The notes beneath the pieces were generated by a model. It did not search any database, had not been told where the DNA came from, and worked only from the letters and a program-made list of their open reading frames with translations. The position numbers and the translations under genes were made by a program. Below are positions 23,952-35,066 of a stretch of 64,000 nt of DNA, one piece after another; positions within the stretch are counted from its first letter, which is position 1, and each line of letters opens with the position of its first letter. The stretch spans positions 19,571 to 83,570 of the forward strand of contig JAUCBJ010009078.1 in the NCBI GenBank assembly GCA_032718475.1. The letters are read 5' to 3'. Origin of the DNA: Nemertoderma westbladi. Its lineage: Eukaryota; Animalia; Xenacoelomorpha.

Positions 23952-25895
23952 ACATTAAGAATGCTATGCCGGCTTGTCAACAAAATCACGCCGCCACAAC
24001 TCCCTATCATCCATTGCATTTGCTAGATCATCCGCATCTTCAAGGACAGTGTCCTATAAGATGCGTCTCAAGAAAGTCATGGGCCGTCCACCATGCTTAT
24101 TCACTCCATCATAAGGTCGCCAAAGCACAAGATTATGCATTGGCTGGTCCTCACGGCGAAAGCAATGTCCTGCAAAGCGGAGGCGGCTTTGTTCTTGTGT
24201 CAAGCTTGGAGGAACCAATGAGACACCTCAAATGATATATAGTGTCTGGTTGGAGATGTGTCATTGTACTTGACACAGTGAACCCGGCGTAGCATGCTTG
24301 TGAATGTGCCATCCAGAAATTCGGTGTCCTCAGCAGTTAGACCCCATCATTACTCCCATAGAGGAGGCCAGGAACTACTGCTGCTCTAAATAATCGGACC
24401 GAAAGATTCCGATGAATTCCATGTGACTTCCAAATCCTGGAAAGCACATTGAAGGCTGTACACTTTCCCTTACATATTCGAAGTTCCTCAGCTAACTTTC
24501 GAATCCATGATCCCAGGTAACAGAAGTTGTCCACATGCTCAAGCATACCATCCTTTGAGCTTCTGCTCATCCGGTCAGAGACTTGCTGAGAACTTTCAAA
24601 GTTAACTGTCAAAATTTTGGTATTTTTGGAGTTAACAAAAAGACCAACACTAGAAGCAGCCTGTTCTAATGAGCTGAGGAGCCGTTGGGCTCCCTCTAGT
24701 GATTCTGAGAGTACTCCTAATTCATCAGCAAAGTCTAGATCATTTAGGTACTTGGCAGGATTTCCTCGACTTCTGGAGCCAGTAGGTGGAGTTACCATCA
24801 CCACATCATCATTATGATGATCTAAGGACATTCGTAGATCATAGTCAACCACAATTATGAACAAGAATGGTGCAAGTGTGTCTCCCTGGAGGACGCCCCA
24901 TAACACTTCAAATGGTTCTGTGTCACCGTCAACAGTAGACACAAATGTTGTTGAACCATCGTATACTGATCTGATTGCTGCAATAATTTCATCAGGAATC
25001 CCATACAATGAAAGTATGCTGAACATACGTCAGTGAGAGACTGAATCAAAGGCCTTGAAGATGTCAACAAAGATAACAGCCAGATGCCTGTCTTTCTTTT
25101 TTGATAATTCATCAATTATCATTCTAAGTGCAAAAATGGGCTCCATGGTCCCACGACCTTTACGGAACCCATTCTGATTTCCACGGAGCAGTTTCTCAAT
25201 GGGATCCCTGATGCGATTTAAAATAATTATATTATATAGCTTTGCCGCAATCGAGATCAATGAGATTCCCCGAAAAGAACCATAGAGTGTTAGGTTGCCC
25301 TTCTTGGGAACTGGCATCAACATATTTCTTTTCAATTCTTGTAGAACTCTTTTGTTACTGGTACATATCTACTATGATGGGATAAATGAGTATTTTAAAG
25401 ACCTCAGGGAGGACACCATCTACTCCACTGGCACGATTGGTCTCTTTGCAGCAGCCTTCACTTCAGCAAAGGTGAAATCGCCAATGGGAATATCTGGGAG
25501 TACAGACTCAGACACTTTTACTTCTATAAAGTTATCAGGCAATACCCTGTCATTATTGAGGAGCTTTTCAAAGTGGGCCTTCCAACCATTGAGGCGATCG
25601 GCTGGTGATTCAGCCTTAACCTTTGTGGTTGGTTGGCTTTTTCGACCAGCAAGCAAGTTGATCGATCTCCATGCCTGGGATGATTGCCTGCTGTCGTCAG
25701 CATCATTGATGGCACCAACCTGTTGGTTTATTAGCTCCTGTAAATTAACAGAGTACTGCGTGTTCAGGGACCTAGATGCAGCATTAACTGCATTCTTGGC
25801 CGCTGTAGTCTGTTTGAGTCGGGACTCTTTCTGCGCCTTATAGAGGTCATTTCGGCACTTCCGAATTTTGTGGTCAGTCCGGGGGGTCCTTTACG
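23952..25895 (-). pseudogene. Decayed, 5'-truncated RTE-like LINE (RT region)
   Basis: ORF pieces PVPKKGNL..FRGISL, NQNGFRKGR, FVDIFKAFDSV, GVLQGDTLAPFLF, LDFADE, FCYLGS, split by frameshifts and stops. Confidence 0.88.
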
Positions 25896-25909
25896 CTCAA
25901 TTACCTTTT

Positions 25910-28303
25910 AGGTACATTCACAGGACCTGTGGTGACATTTCATGGGAGTGGTCATTCATATATTGATCATATAATATCTACTGAATATGGAAACTCACTA
26001 TTAGTAAATGGCAAAGTTCATGCTAGGGATAAAGCTTCAAACTTCTCTGATCATTCAACTATTACGTCGGTGCTCAAACTACCAAACAAAGGGAGATATA
26101 GAGGGGAGTATAATCCGCAACTTCGAACTCTTAAGTTAACTAAATGTGCTTGGGACAAAGCTACAACTGAACAGATTAGTAATTATGCAAAGTTAATGTG
26201 GATCTACAAGCACTGCATTCTAAGTTCAATATTGATGGTGAAAGTGCTGTCTTAACATGGATGGTAAATAAAATGATTGAATATATGGAAATATACAGGC
26301 TATTATTAGTAAATCAGCAGTGATGTTCATTCCAGCAACTAAACTTGGAAAGTACACAAAGGATTTTCGAGTAAGGAGTAAGAGCTTAAATGAGCGTTCA
26401 AAAACAACGAAAAAATTGTACGACATCTGGCTAAAAAATGGGAAAACGGATGGTGATGAATTTGGTATTGCATTTGAGGAGGCTAAACGGAATATTCGAC
26501 GGCTACGGAATTTACTAAGTAAACAAAATGTTAGAGGGGTAACAATGAGGATGAACCCTAGTAGAAGGAATTTCTGGAGAAGTTTTTCTAGAAGTCAAGG
26601 ATTTGGGAGTCAGGAACTTACATTGAATTTAGAAGATGTCATTAGGAACCATTTAAAGGAGAAGTTTAATATAAAGCAGGAAACTACTGTCTACAAGAAA
26701 TGACGGAAAAACTGGATAGTAAATGTGTAGGCCCCATGCCTACCTTCGGGCGAAATCAGATAGCACAGATCATCGGCTCCTTACCAAGGGGGAAGGCCTT
26801 AGATTTTGCCTCCTTATCAGCAGAGCACCTTAAACATTTAGATGTATGACAGCTAAGCATGTAATGACAGGAAGGAAATAATTAAAGAAATTAATAAATT
26901 AGTATATGGTGTATCTGATACATTTCATCGCAAAGGATGGACTACAAGATGGTATACAACCGAAACTATAACTAAGCTTTGGGAAGGCTATGCAATACCT
27001 ACAATTATGTACGCGATTCGATTTTACTTGGTTATCATTACGAGATATCAATTGGAGCAAGTAGATATCTATTATCGCAAAGTTGTAAGAAGTATATTAC
27101 ATTTGGGTCGATATGCCTCTAATACTGAATGTTATAGTTTGCTATCTATATTGCCGATATCAATGAGTGGCTATCGCGAGGTTCTGTGTATTATATTTCG
27201 AATTAATTCCTGTCCAAATATGATATGATTTAGATGAGAATGTTACCAATGGTGTCTCACGACATAGATAACACGGACTCGGTAGTATTATCAACAGGGT
27301 ATCTGAGGAGTATCCAATACCATCAATCAATTCTTTGTTGAGCTTGCGCTACTTTAAAAACTCAATTCTATCTCGGATCTCTTTTGGGTGGACTAACTCT
27401 GGCTGAGATGTGAAACGTTATTCATTACCTCAATATATAACACACCCGGCATCAGGTTTACATCTAAACATAACAGGGTTTGTTGGAGTATTTTAATGTT
27501 TAATTTTATATATATTGTAAATAATAAAGTGCCAATAATTATATTCACTAAGACTGACCTTATGTATCAATAATTTTATTCACTAAGACCGACCTTATGT
27601 ATCAATAATTATATTCACTAAGACCGACCTTATGTATCAATAATTTTATTCACTAAGACCGACCTTATGTATCAATAATTTTATTCACTAAGACCGACCT
27701 TATGTATCAATAATTATATTCACTAAGACCGACCTTATGTATCAATAATTTTATTCACTAAGACCGACCTTATGTATCAATAATTATATTCACTAAGACC
27801 GACCTTATGTATCAATAATTTTATTGACTAAGACCGACCTTATGTATCAATAATTATATTCACTAAGACCGACCTTATGTATCAATAATTTTATTCACTA
27901 AGACCGACCTTATGTATCAATAATTATATTCACTAAGACCGACCTTATGTATCAATAATTTTATTGACTAAGACCGACCTTATGTATCAATAATTATATT
28001 CACTAAGACCGACCTTATGTATCAATAATTTTATTGACTAAGACCGACCTTATGTATCAATAATTTTATTCACTAAGACCGACCTTATGTATCAATAATT
28101 TTATTCACTAAGACCGACCTTATGTATCAATAATTTTATTGACTAAGACCGACCTTATGTATCAATAATTTTATTCACTAAGACCGACCTTATGTATTAA
28201 TAATTTTATTCACTAAGACCGACCTTATGTATCAATAATTTTGTTTACCTTTGTTCGTTCGGCATATCATTTTAAATGATTAATAAAATAATAAAATAAT
28301 AAT
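25910..28303 (+). pseudogene. LINE-B: decayed relative of LINE-A ORF2 with the RT core deleted
   Basis: TFHGSGHSYIDHI vs TFRGHGTSYIDHI; RVRSKSLNERSKTTKKLYDIW vs RIRSKQLYERSKMTKGLYIQW; QVDIYYRKVVRSILHLGRYASN vs QLDIYYRKILRGLLYLGTYASN. Jumps from the pre-RT region to the post-RT region at ~26850-26900. Ends in AATAAA and (AAT)n. Confidence 0.85.
27533..28240. repeat. 35-bp minisatellite, about 20 copies, at the LINE-B 3' end
   Basis: Unit TT(A/T)TATT(C/G)ACTAAGACCGACCTTATGTATCAATAA. Period 35 (CACTAAG at 27546 and 27581). Confidence 0.97.
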
Positions 28304-28329
28304 GATGTGCCGCATGCCGCGCTGTAATC

Positions 28330-28850
28330 TCCTGTCACGCTTTCAATGCAGCATCTACTGACACCCATGGGATTGTTTCTATCCTTGTCAGTCACTGTCG
28401 TAACTGTTATTGAACTGGGTTATGTCTGCAGTCCAAGTTTGTTGGTGACTGACCTGTGAACTGGTGACAGTGAATGCTACCCTGGTATCAATTAACATTA
28501 ATGTAGTTAACGATTTCCCGTTTGTGGCATACACCTTCACTGGCACCACGTTCAGTAGAACTTTCGTCTTGACCTTCTTTGGGCCAATAGACATTGCTAT
28601 TGTCTCCCCCTGGTTAGTTTTGATGAGAACAGATCATCACAAACTGCACCAACTAGCCTCCATTAACTACTGAGGTTGGCGTATCAGATGTGAAGAATGC
28701 AGCACCTCGAACCTCGGTCAGATCGAGTGAGCGATTGGAGGGTAGATAATGAGATGGAGCGATGGAGGCAGAACTGCCAGGGTATCGTTAAATCCGGGTT
28801 GGGGTAGGACCGAGTACAGCAAGCGGGCAGTTAGACAAGCAGGCAGTCAG
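28330..28850 (-). pseudogene. Fragment of a BEL/Pao-type protease region
   Basis: VLLNVVPVKVYATNGKSLTTLMLIDT resembles VLLGVVPVRIIGESGRSVTTLMLVDSG of the BEL element at 60389. Boundaries approximate. Confidence 0.6.
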
Positions 28851-28861
28851 GTACATATCTG

Positions 28862-28961
28862 ATCTGCCAAGTTACAGCTTAAACGGAATAGAAACTTAGA
28901 AATGAAAGAAAGTTTCCTTCCACTTGCAGAAATTTCACTGTCAAGCAGCAGACTGGAGCAC
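28862..28961. repeat. Left arm of a perfect 100-bp inverted repeat (partner 30541-30640)
   Basis: ATCTGCCAAGTTACAGC...GCAGACTGGAGCAC is the exact reverse complement of 30541-30640. Confidence 0.93.
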
Positions 28962-29196
28962 GACTTTAGATGTGAAATAAATGTTTTTGCGATCGTTTTA
29001 ATGTAGCGGGGTTTTAAAGCCAAATGTATGCCATACTAAACCGGTAGCATACTGCATTCTTTTTAAAAGTAGCCGAGCTACAACTACCTCAGACAAGCGG
29101 ATGCATACTGCAATACCGAAGTTAGCTATGCAAGTGAGTCAGTTTCTAATATAATAGTGGTGGGCTGTGATTGGGCAGTTGGTAGAGTTAACTAAC

Positions 29197-29394
29197 CTGG
29201 CATTCTTGATTGATTTCTTGGGTTTGATTGGCGGAAGAAAAGTCGGTTTTGGGGCATTCGGACCATGGTAACGGGGATTGGAATGATTGGAACAAATATA
29301 AAAGACACCAGGTTACAACTGTGTTATAATAAACTCCAATTAGAAAAGAAGCCAGGACAGAAGCGATGCCAATGCCGGCTAGGTAAGGAGATAC
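29197..29394 (-). CDS. SLC6 transporter exon D (TM3 and start of extracellular loop 2)
   Basis: ttacag|VSPYLAGIGIASVLASFLIGVYYNTVVTWCLLYLFQSFQSPLPWSECP...ECQ|gttagt. 198 bp, phase 0/0. Confidence 0.9.
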
Positions 29395-29465
29395 CTGTAA
29401 CATGAAGTTAAATTTTTAACAGAATGTAAAATAGTGCTGCGGCTCTCTAGCCCAATAATATATCT

Positions 29466-29790
29466 CCCAGTGTCAGTGTCACAGTGGATACGGACGTCGC
29501 CTGAACCGATTTCATAAATTGTGATTCACAATAGTGTTTAGGGGCGCAGGTTCAAATCCGACTAAAGGCCGTAAAAATTTCGCACTGTTTTGTCCCTCAT
29601 TAGTGCCTACACCAACCCAGCTGTATAATAGGATTATGAAATAGGAATAGGGTTATGATTTATCTGATAAGAAATAACAAATATAAATGTCATTATTATT
29701 ATAAATAACAACATGGCCAAGCGCTTTACGGGCTATTATGGTACCTGTTTAGTGATAGCAAGTATTTTCTACAAATATAATAATTAAGTT
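29466..29790 (+). mobile_element. tRNA-derived SINE-like element
   Basis: A-box-like TGTCACAGTGG, B-box GGTTCAAATCC (~29550), central CAACCCAGCTGTA motif and AT-rich tail. Boundaries approximate. Confidence 0.5.
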
Positions 29791-29943
29791 GTCTGTCGCA
29801 TTATTTATATTATTTTTATTATCAGTAAATCTCAAAATCATCCGCTTCATTATGACCAGCAGACGTTTCTTTAAGTATCTTAACAATTTGTTAAGATGTT
29901 ACTACCTGAATTGTACTTTGCCTTGTTCGTCAATTAAACTAAC

Positions 29944-30059
29944 CTCATTCCATACCCCAAGGGGCCCTTTTCGCAACCGCTGACCAATGGAAAGCTCAAG
30001 GAAAAACAACGGAATTCCTTCAATGACTAACATTATAGTGTATGGGAATAGAAATGCCC
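29944..30059 (-). CDS. SLC6 transporter exon C (TM2)
   Basis: tttccag|(G)[39 protein letters not shown]|gttagt. 116 bp, phase 1/0. Not in the ORF track; translated by hand. Confidence 0.92.
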
Positions 30060-30540
30060 CTGGAAATAAAAAAAAACTATTTAATTAAAGGACCAAAATA
30101 AAAATAAATAAATAAATAAATAAGTTAGAAAGTTATGATGAATGAATTAATTGACCATTATTATTATGATGAAACTCTAAAATCGAGTTAGGTATAAATC
30201 CCTAGGTCGCTTTTTAACGGTTCGCGGTGACTCCAGTTAGGTCCAGTCAGATGAACATGTTACTTATCATTGCACAATGACAAAAGCAAGTCACCCGCAC
30301 CAATATGACAGTCAGATTTGTACATATTATATCTATGTTAACTTTGTTCTCTTTTGAAAAGTGTCTCATCGTTACAATGTATTTTGCCAGTTTCATTCTA
30401 GTTTTCTTGGTTGCATGTGTTGGTACATGCGTTCTGCTAGTGAGATATAGCAATCATTAATGAGATGATGAATTAGTGAGCTAGGGGTACAACCTGTCGG
30501 TCTGGAGTTCTGGAGTTCCGTGTGTTTGATCTTTACAGTA

Positions 30541-30830
30541 GTGCTCCAGTCTGCTGCTTGACAGTGAAATTTCTGCAAGTGGAAGGAAACTTTCTTTCAT
30601 TTCTAAGTTTCTATTCCGTTTAAGCTGTAACTTGGCAGATATGTACTACACCAAAGGATGCGTCTTTGTGATGAGGCTAAATCATCTGCCATTATCTTGT
30701 CTGCCGCTAGATGGTGAAATATCTGAACGTAAATTCCATCCGTCCAAGCTGAAACTTAGCAGATAAGTACTAATCGAAGACTGTGTCTTTGTGATATTAC
30801 TGGACTGTCAGAAATATATCATCTACGTCG
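30541..30830 (+). repeat. Helentron-like internal repeat fragment containing the right arm (30541-30640) of the inverted repeat
   Basis: TTAAGCTG(T/A)AACTT(G/A)GCAGAT motif occurs twice about 120 bp apart. The same motif is in the 42-kb element. Confidence 0.6.
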
Positions 30831-31432
30831 GCTATCAGGGAGGACAACCAATAACGGAGGATATGACATGCCAATATAGTATATAACATTGCATCTTGTT
30901 ACATAATATGAGAAGAGCATGTACGACCTATATGATGTAAGTCATAATGTAAGAAGGTGTGAAAGCGTGGTCAATATAGCATATATGGCGTGATTTGAAT
31001 CAAATATAGGTAAGATAGACTTTGTATGGATAAAGGGTTTTGAGCGGGATGGCGTGCAATATGTACAGTAGGCCGCTATTGTTTTCATTGTAATTACATA
31101 GGGTGTTTCTTTGTTGGGGCCTTATACTGTAGGATGTCCTCAGTATGTCAAGCCGGCATGCATAGCATTCTTAATGTACGCTGCATTGGGCTTGCCAATT
31201 GAGGATTGCATGGTGGTGACAAAATGTGTTTAGCTGGTATAGCATCTCAATGTGCAGTTTCAATTCAGCAGGCCGATTATAGTAATAATAATAATGTCCT
31301 CATATACTCTTACTAATGTTAGTGCCTTGATTATTAGTAACATAGTCGGTGTATTTATGCAAACATTTCGATTCGTTTAGTTAATGATCTAATAATTAAA
31401 ATATATATTTAAGTTACTTTTATGCAACTTAC

Positions 31433-31520
31433 CCCCGCCGTTCTTTTGGGCTAAGTAAGGAAATCTCCATATGTTTCCAAGACCAACAGCAAAGCTAACG
31501 ATAGCTAATATGTATTGTAT
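31433..31520 (-). CDS. SLC6 transporter exon B (TM1)
   Basis: ttcag|[29 protein letters not shown](G)|gtaagt. Contains the SLC6 signature [12 protein letters not shown]. 88 bp, phase 0/1. Confidence 0.93.
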
Positions 31521-31584
31521 CTGAACAAAAAGTTTACCATTATTATTAAAAATTAAAAAAAATATAATAAAAACCACTTTCATA

Positions 31585-33026
31585 TGTAAAGGATTTCTCG
31601 TACCCGCGGTACGGCAAACTCCTAAACGGTTTATATATATCAAGGTTTCCTAAGTGCAACTATAATTATTTTATTGTTTCAGTTTCTCTGTGATAATAAC
31701 TGACTCAAATAGCTCTCATAAACACGGTCTTGTGCCGGCTTGTACTTTACGGACTTTACAACCTTCTTCTGATAGTTCAAAAACACAATGATTTCTATTT
31801 TCCGTCTTTCTTTTGGTAAAAATAATATACTCTACGTAACACCATTGAAATACCTGTGGGAAGAGGGAAAAAGAGAAACCGGATGAGGGGCGGTGCTTTG
31901 GGTCCGTTAGGAGCCAAAGTAAGCCCCGTAATTTTGAAAAATTATCCAAAGTAATACACAAAGCTCTACCGTAAAAATCTGGATTAACACAATACTTACT
32001 TACTACCAAGTATGTCAAATAACAGTCTTGGTATGGTCACAGTCCAACAAGTCGTAACATACTTGGTGCAACTCCGCGGTATGGTCACAGTCTAACAAGT
32101 CGTAACATACTTGGTGCAGCTCCGCGGTATGGTCACAGTCCAACAAGTCGTAACATACTTGGTGCAGCTCCGCGGTATGGTCACAGTCTAACAAGTCGTA
32201 ACATACTTGGTGCAGTTCCGCGGTATGGTCACAGTCTAACAAGTCGTAGCATACTTGGTGCAGCTCCGCGGTATGGTCACAGTCCAACAAGTCGTAACAT
32301 ACTTGGTGCAGCTCCGCGGTATGGTCACAGTCTAACAAGTCGTAACATACTTGGTGCAGCTCCGCGGTATGGTCACAGTCTAACAAGTTGTAACAAACTT
32401 GGTGCAGCTCCGCGGTATGGTCACAGTCCAACAAGTCGTAACATACTTGGTGCAGCTCCGCGGTATGGTCACAGTCTAACAAGTCGTAACATACTTGGTG
32501 CAGCTCCGCGGTATGGTCACAGTCTAACAAGTCGTAACATACTTGGTGCAGCTCCGCGGTATGGTCACAGTCCAACAAGTCGTAACATACTTGGTGCAGC
32601 TCCGCGGTATGGTCACAGTATAAGAAGTCGTAAAAAACTTGGTGCGGCTTCACGCTATGGGAAATTTGGCAATAGTGCAAACACCAGGTTATTTCTATGT
32701 CCAAACAAGTGTGGTACCATTTGGGCATAGAAAATTAGCTGCTACGTTGTCCTCACAGCTCCACGGTCGGGCCTGGGTCGGATTGTCGGAAAGATGAGCC
32801 AGTGGGCAGAGTGCGCAAGCACTAGGGCTTGTTTAGCCAAAACTCAAGTTTTTCTAGCTTACCCACACTATCAAGCCCCACCGTGGTGAGTATACCAATA
32901 GTGCAAGTTTCGCTAGCTGAACCAAGATAGCGTGCCAGGCAGGGGCTGCCATCTAAAGGCCGAGTTACTGACTGAAGAAAACTGACCGGGGGTCAAATGG
33001 GAGGTGCTCGGTTGACCCCTAATTAT
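31585..33026 (-). mobile_element. Non-autonomous Helentron-like (HINE-type) element with an internal minisatellite
   Basis: Colinear homology with 44055-44962. GGGGTCAA...TTGACCCC hairpin at one end and AGGA...TCCT hairpin at the other. No TIR or TSD. Confidence 0.6.
32027..32648. repeat. 48-bp minisatellite, about 13 copies
   Basis: Unit GTATGGTCACAGTC(T/C)AACAAGTCGTAACATACTTGGTGCAGCTCCGCG. Confidence 0.96.
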
Positions 33027-33699
33027 CTAATATATCTAATAATCTAAATAAGAAATAAACGTTATCCTCAGATATTTAACCAAGACATGATTAATAGATA
33101 TACCCAATTTAGAGACGAGCGTGAGGAAAACTTTGCTACAGAGGAATATCTTAATGGCCCTGACTTCCAGACCGACATTTGGAAGTCAAGTGGGCAGACA
33201 AACCGCCATGTGGTACCTCAGGTAACTGCCCATGGCTTCCACCATAAACTCTGCCATCATATAGCCTCCTTCCACGACATTGTTTTGAGTAACTTAATAT
33301 TCTTGATGGCCCCCGCGCGAAACCGCACTGTCCGCGAATTATACATTTTTTGAAATATGATTTTTTTTGGCGGGGTGGCCGGGGATTGCGTAATTGGGAA
33401 AGGGGGAGAAAATTTTGCCTTTGCCCCCAGTGGAAATGGTTCCCGTACACTCATGGCAAAAAAAACAATTACGAATCTGAATCTTAAATTATGAATCTTG
33501 AAGGCCGACACCCGCTGGTAAAGTAGTTCAAATAGAGCCATATTGAGTCCAGCTCCAGAGCAATTAGTTCAACAAGTCCAAATCTAGGGTAAGCCCAAGC
33601 CTAACTAATAGTTGGCTTTGCATATCCCTATATGTTAGCAGCGGCCAAACTGCTGGTTATTAGACAAGAAGGGCAACGTCGCGTTGTCCCCTATTTATT

Positions 33700-33816
33700 T
33701 ATTATAAGTTTTGATGGGCACAGCTTTTACAAAGTCGCCAATGACGTCCCAGCTGGGGTCGAACTGGTGACCTCCGCGTTGGAAGTCCGACGCTCTAACC
33801 ATTCAGCTAGCGGCTC
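33700..33816 (-). mobile_element. tRNA-derived SINE head
   Basis: Minus strand reads GAGCCGCTAGCTGAATGGTTAGAGCG (A box)...CAGTTCGACCCC (B box). Acceptor stem does not pair. A partial second copy lies at ~34120-34187. Confidence 0.6.
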
Positions 33817-33821
33817 AGGTT

Positions 33822-34300
33822 AAAGATAGACCTGGAAATACTATCTGATACCTTGTATGTCCGCAATTTACCTCCCCATGGCCTCCCAACTGTCAATACC
33901 ATCATATGCCGCCACTGTGCTCAACCATACAGTACTTGGCCGTCTTTACCACTCGCCAAAATGAAATGGTAGTGTATATTAACCATCACGGCCACAATGA
34001 TTAAATTATACACTCTAGCTACTAATTTAGGTAGGACAGTTACAGCCATAGAGAAATGCGACCGGTATATTTATAGTTTATTATTGGTGTTATGGGTGAA
34101 ATGAGTGGTTTCATATTATTATAACTTTTTGTTGGGCACAGCTTTTGCGAAGTCGGCAATGACGTCCATGTGGGATCGAACTGGTGAGCACGCCAGGTTG
34201 ACCACAGTAGCAGCATATGATGGTATTGACAGATGGGGGGCCATGAGGAGGTAAATTGCGGACATACAAGGTATCAGATAGTATTTCCAGGTCTATCTTT
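33822..34300. repeat. About 105-bp imperfect inverted repeat (33822-33926 / 34196-34300)
   Basis: AAAGATAGACCTGGAAATACTATCTGATACCTTGTATGTCCGCAATTTACCTC matches the reverse complement of GAGGTAAATTGCGGACATACAAGGTATCAGATAGTATTTCCAGGTCTATCTTT. Confidence 0.9.
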
Positions 34301-34930
34301 TATGAGCCCAACAAAAAATTATACTTATACTTATTATGTGTAGCATATAGGTAATAATTAAGAAGCTCTTAGCTTCTTTCCTGTCTCCATATTTCTGCTG
34401 ATTTTTGGACATGAAGATGAAGAATACCGTGTTCTGGCATTTAGAGTGGCTTGAGCTACAATAACATGTGTGTGTAGGCCTATTATACTATAATAATATA
34501 CTGTTAGTTGGCACAATGGGAAGAACTATTCAGCTGGTGCGATAATACATTACAAACTACTAACAGTTGATATTTGATTACTACTTGTCTGGGATAGAGT
34601 GAGAGAGTAATAAACTTGGCAGGTATTATACTTCTCTGCAATTTGGGCCTATCCATTCATTCAATAGTAGTAGCTTACTAGCTTACTAGTAGCTTACTAG
34701 TGTTTCTATCGTTGAGTATATGGCAATTTTCTTGTAAGCCACTTTGAAATCTTATTTAGCTTTCTCAACCTTATGGGGCTATTTTTCGAAATACAAAAAG
34801 ACACTTTAATAATATTTTTCGAAACTTTTTTTTCCACATCCTGGAGTTGAGCTGCATCGATTGATATAACTTTCATATACGGACGAGCTATAGTTTCGGT
34901 GGAGTTCACCAGATATAGATAGATAGATAT

Positions 34931-35066
34931 ATACATACATACATACATACATACATACATACATACATACATACATACATACATACATACATACATACAT
35001 ACATACATACACACATACATACATACACACACCCATACATACACACATACATCCACACATATACAT
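34931..35066. repeat. (TACA)n microsatellite
   Basis: ATAC tandem run that degenerates into ACAC variants. Confidence 0.95.

Noticed and set aside
22959-24026. ORFs with TELSGTELS / GPNCPG repeats
   Set aside because: Translations of MITE subterminal repeats.
32015-32728. 237-aa Cys/His-rich repeat protein (CYDLLDCDHTAELHQV)n
   Set aside because: Arises from a 48-bp minisatellite (a multiple of 3) in a non-autonomous element. The homologous copy at 44055-44962 lacks the array and the ORF.
33745-33816. Functional tRNA gene
   Set aside because: A and B boxes are present, but the acceptor and anticodon stems do not pair. It fits a SINE head better.
34706-35066. ORFs with (CMYV)n
   Set aside because: Translation of the (TACA)n microsatellite.
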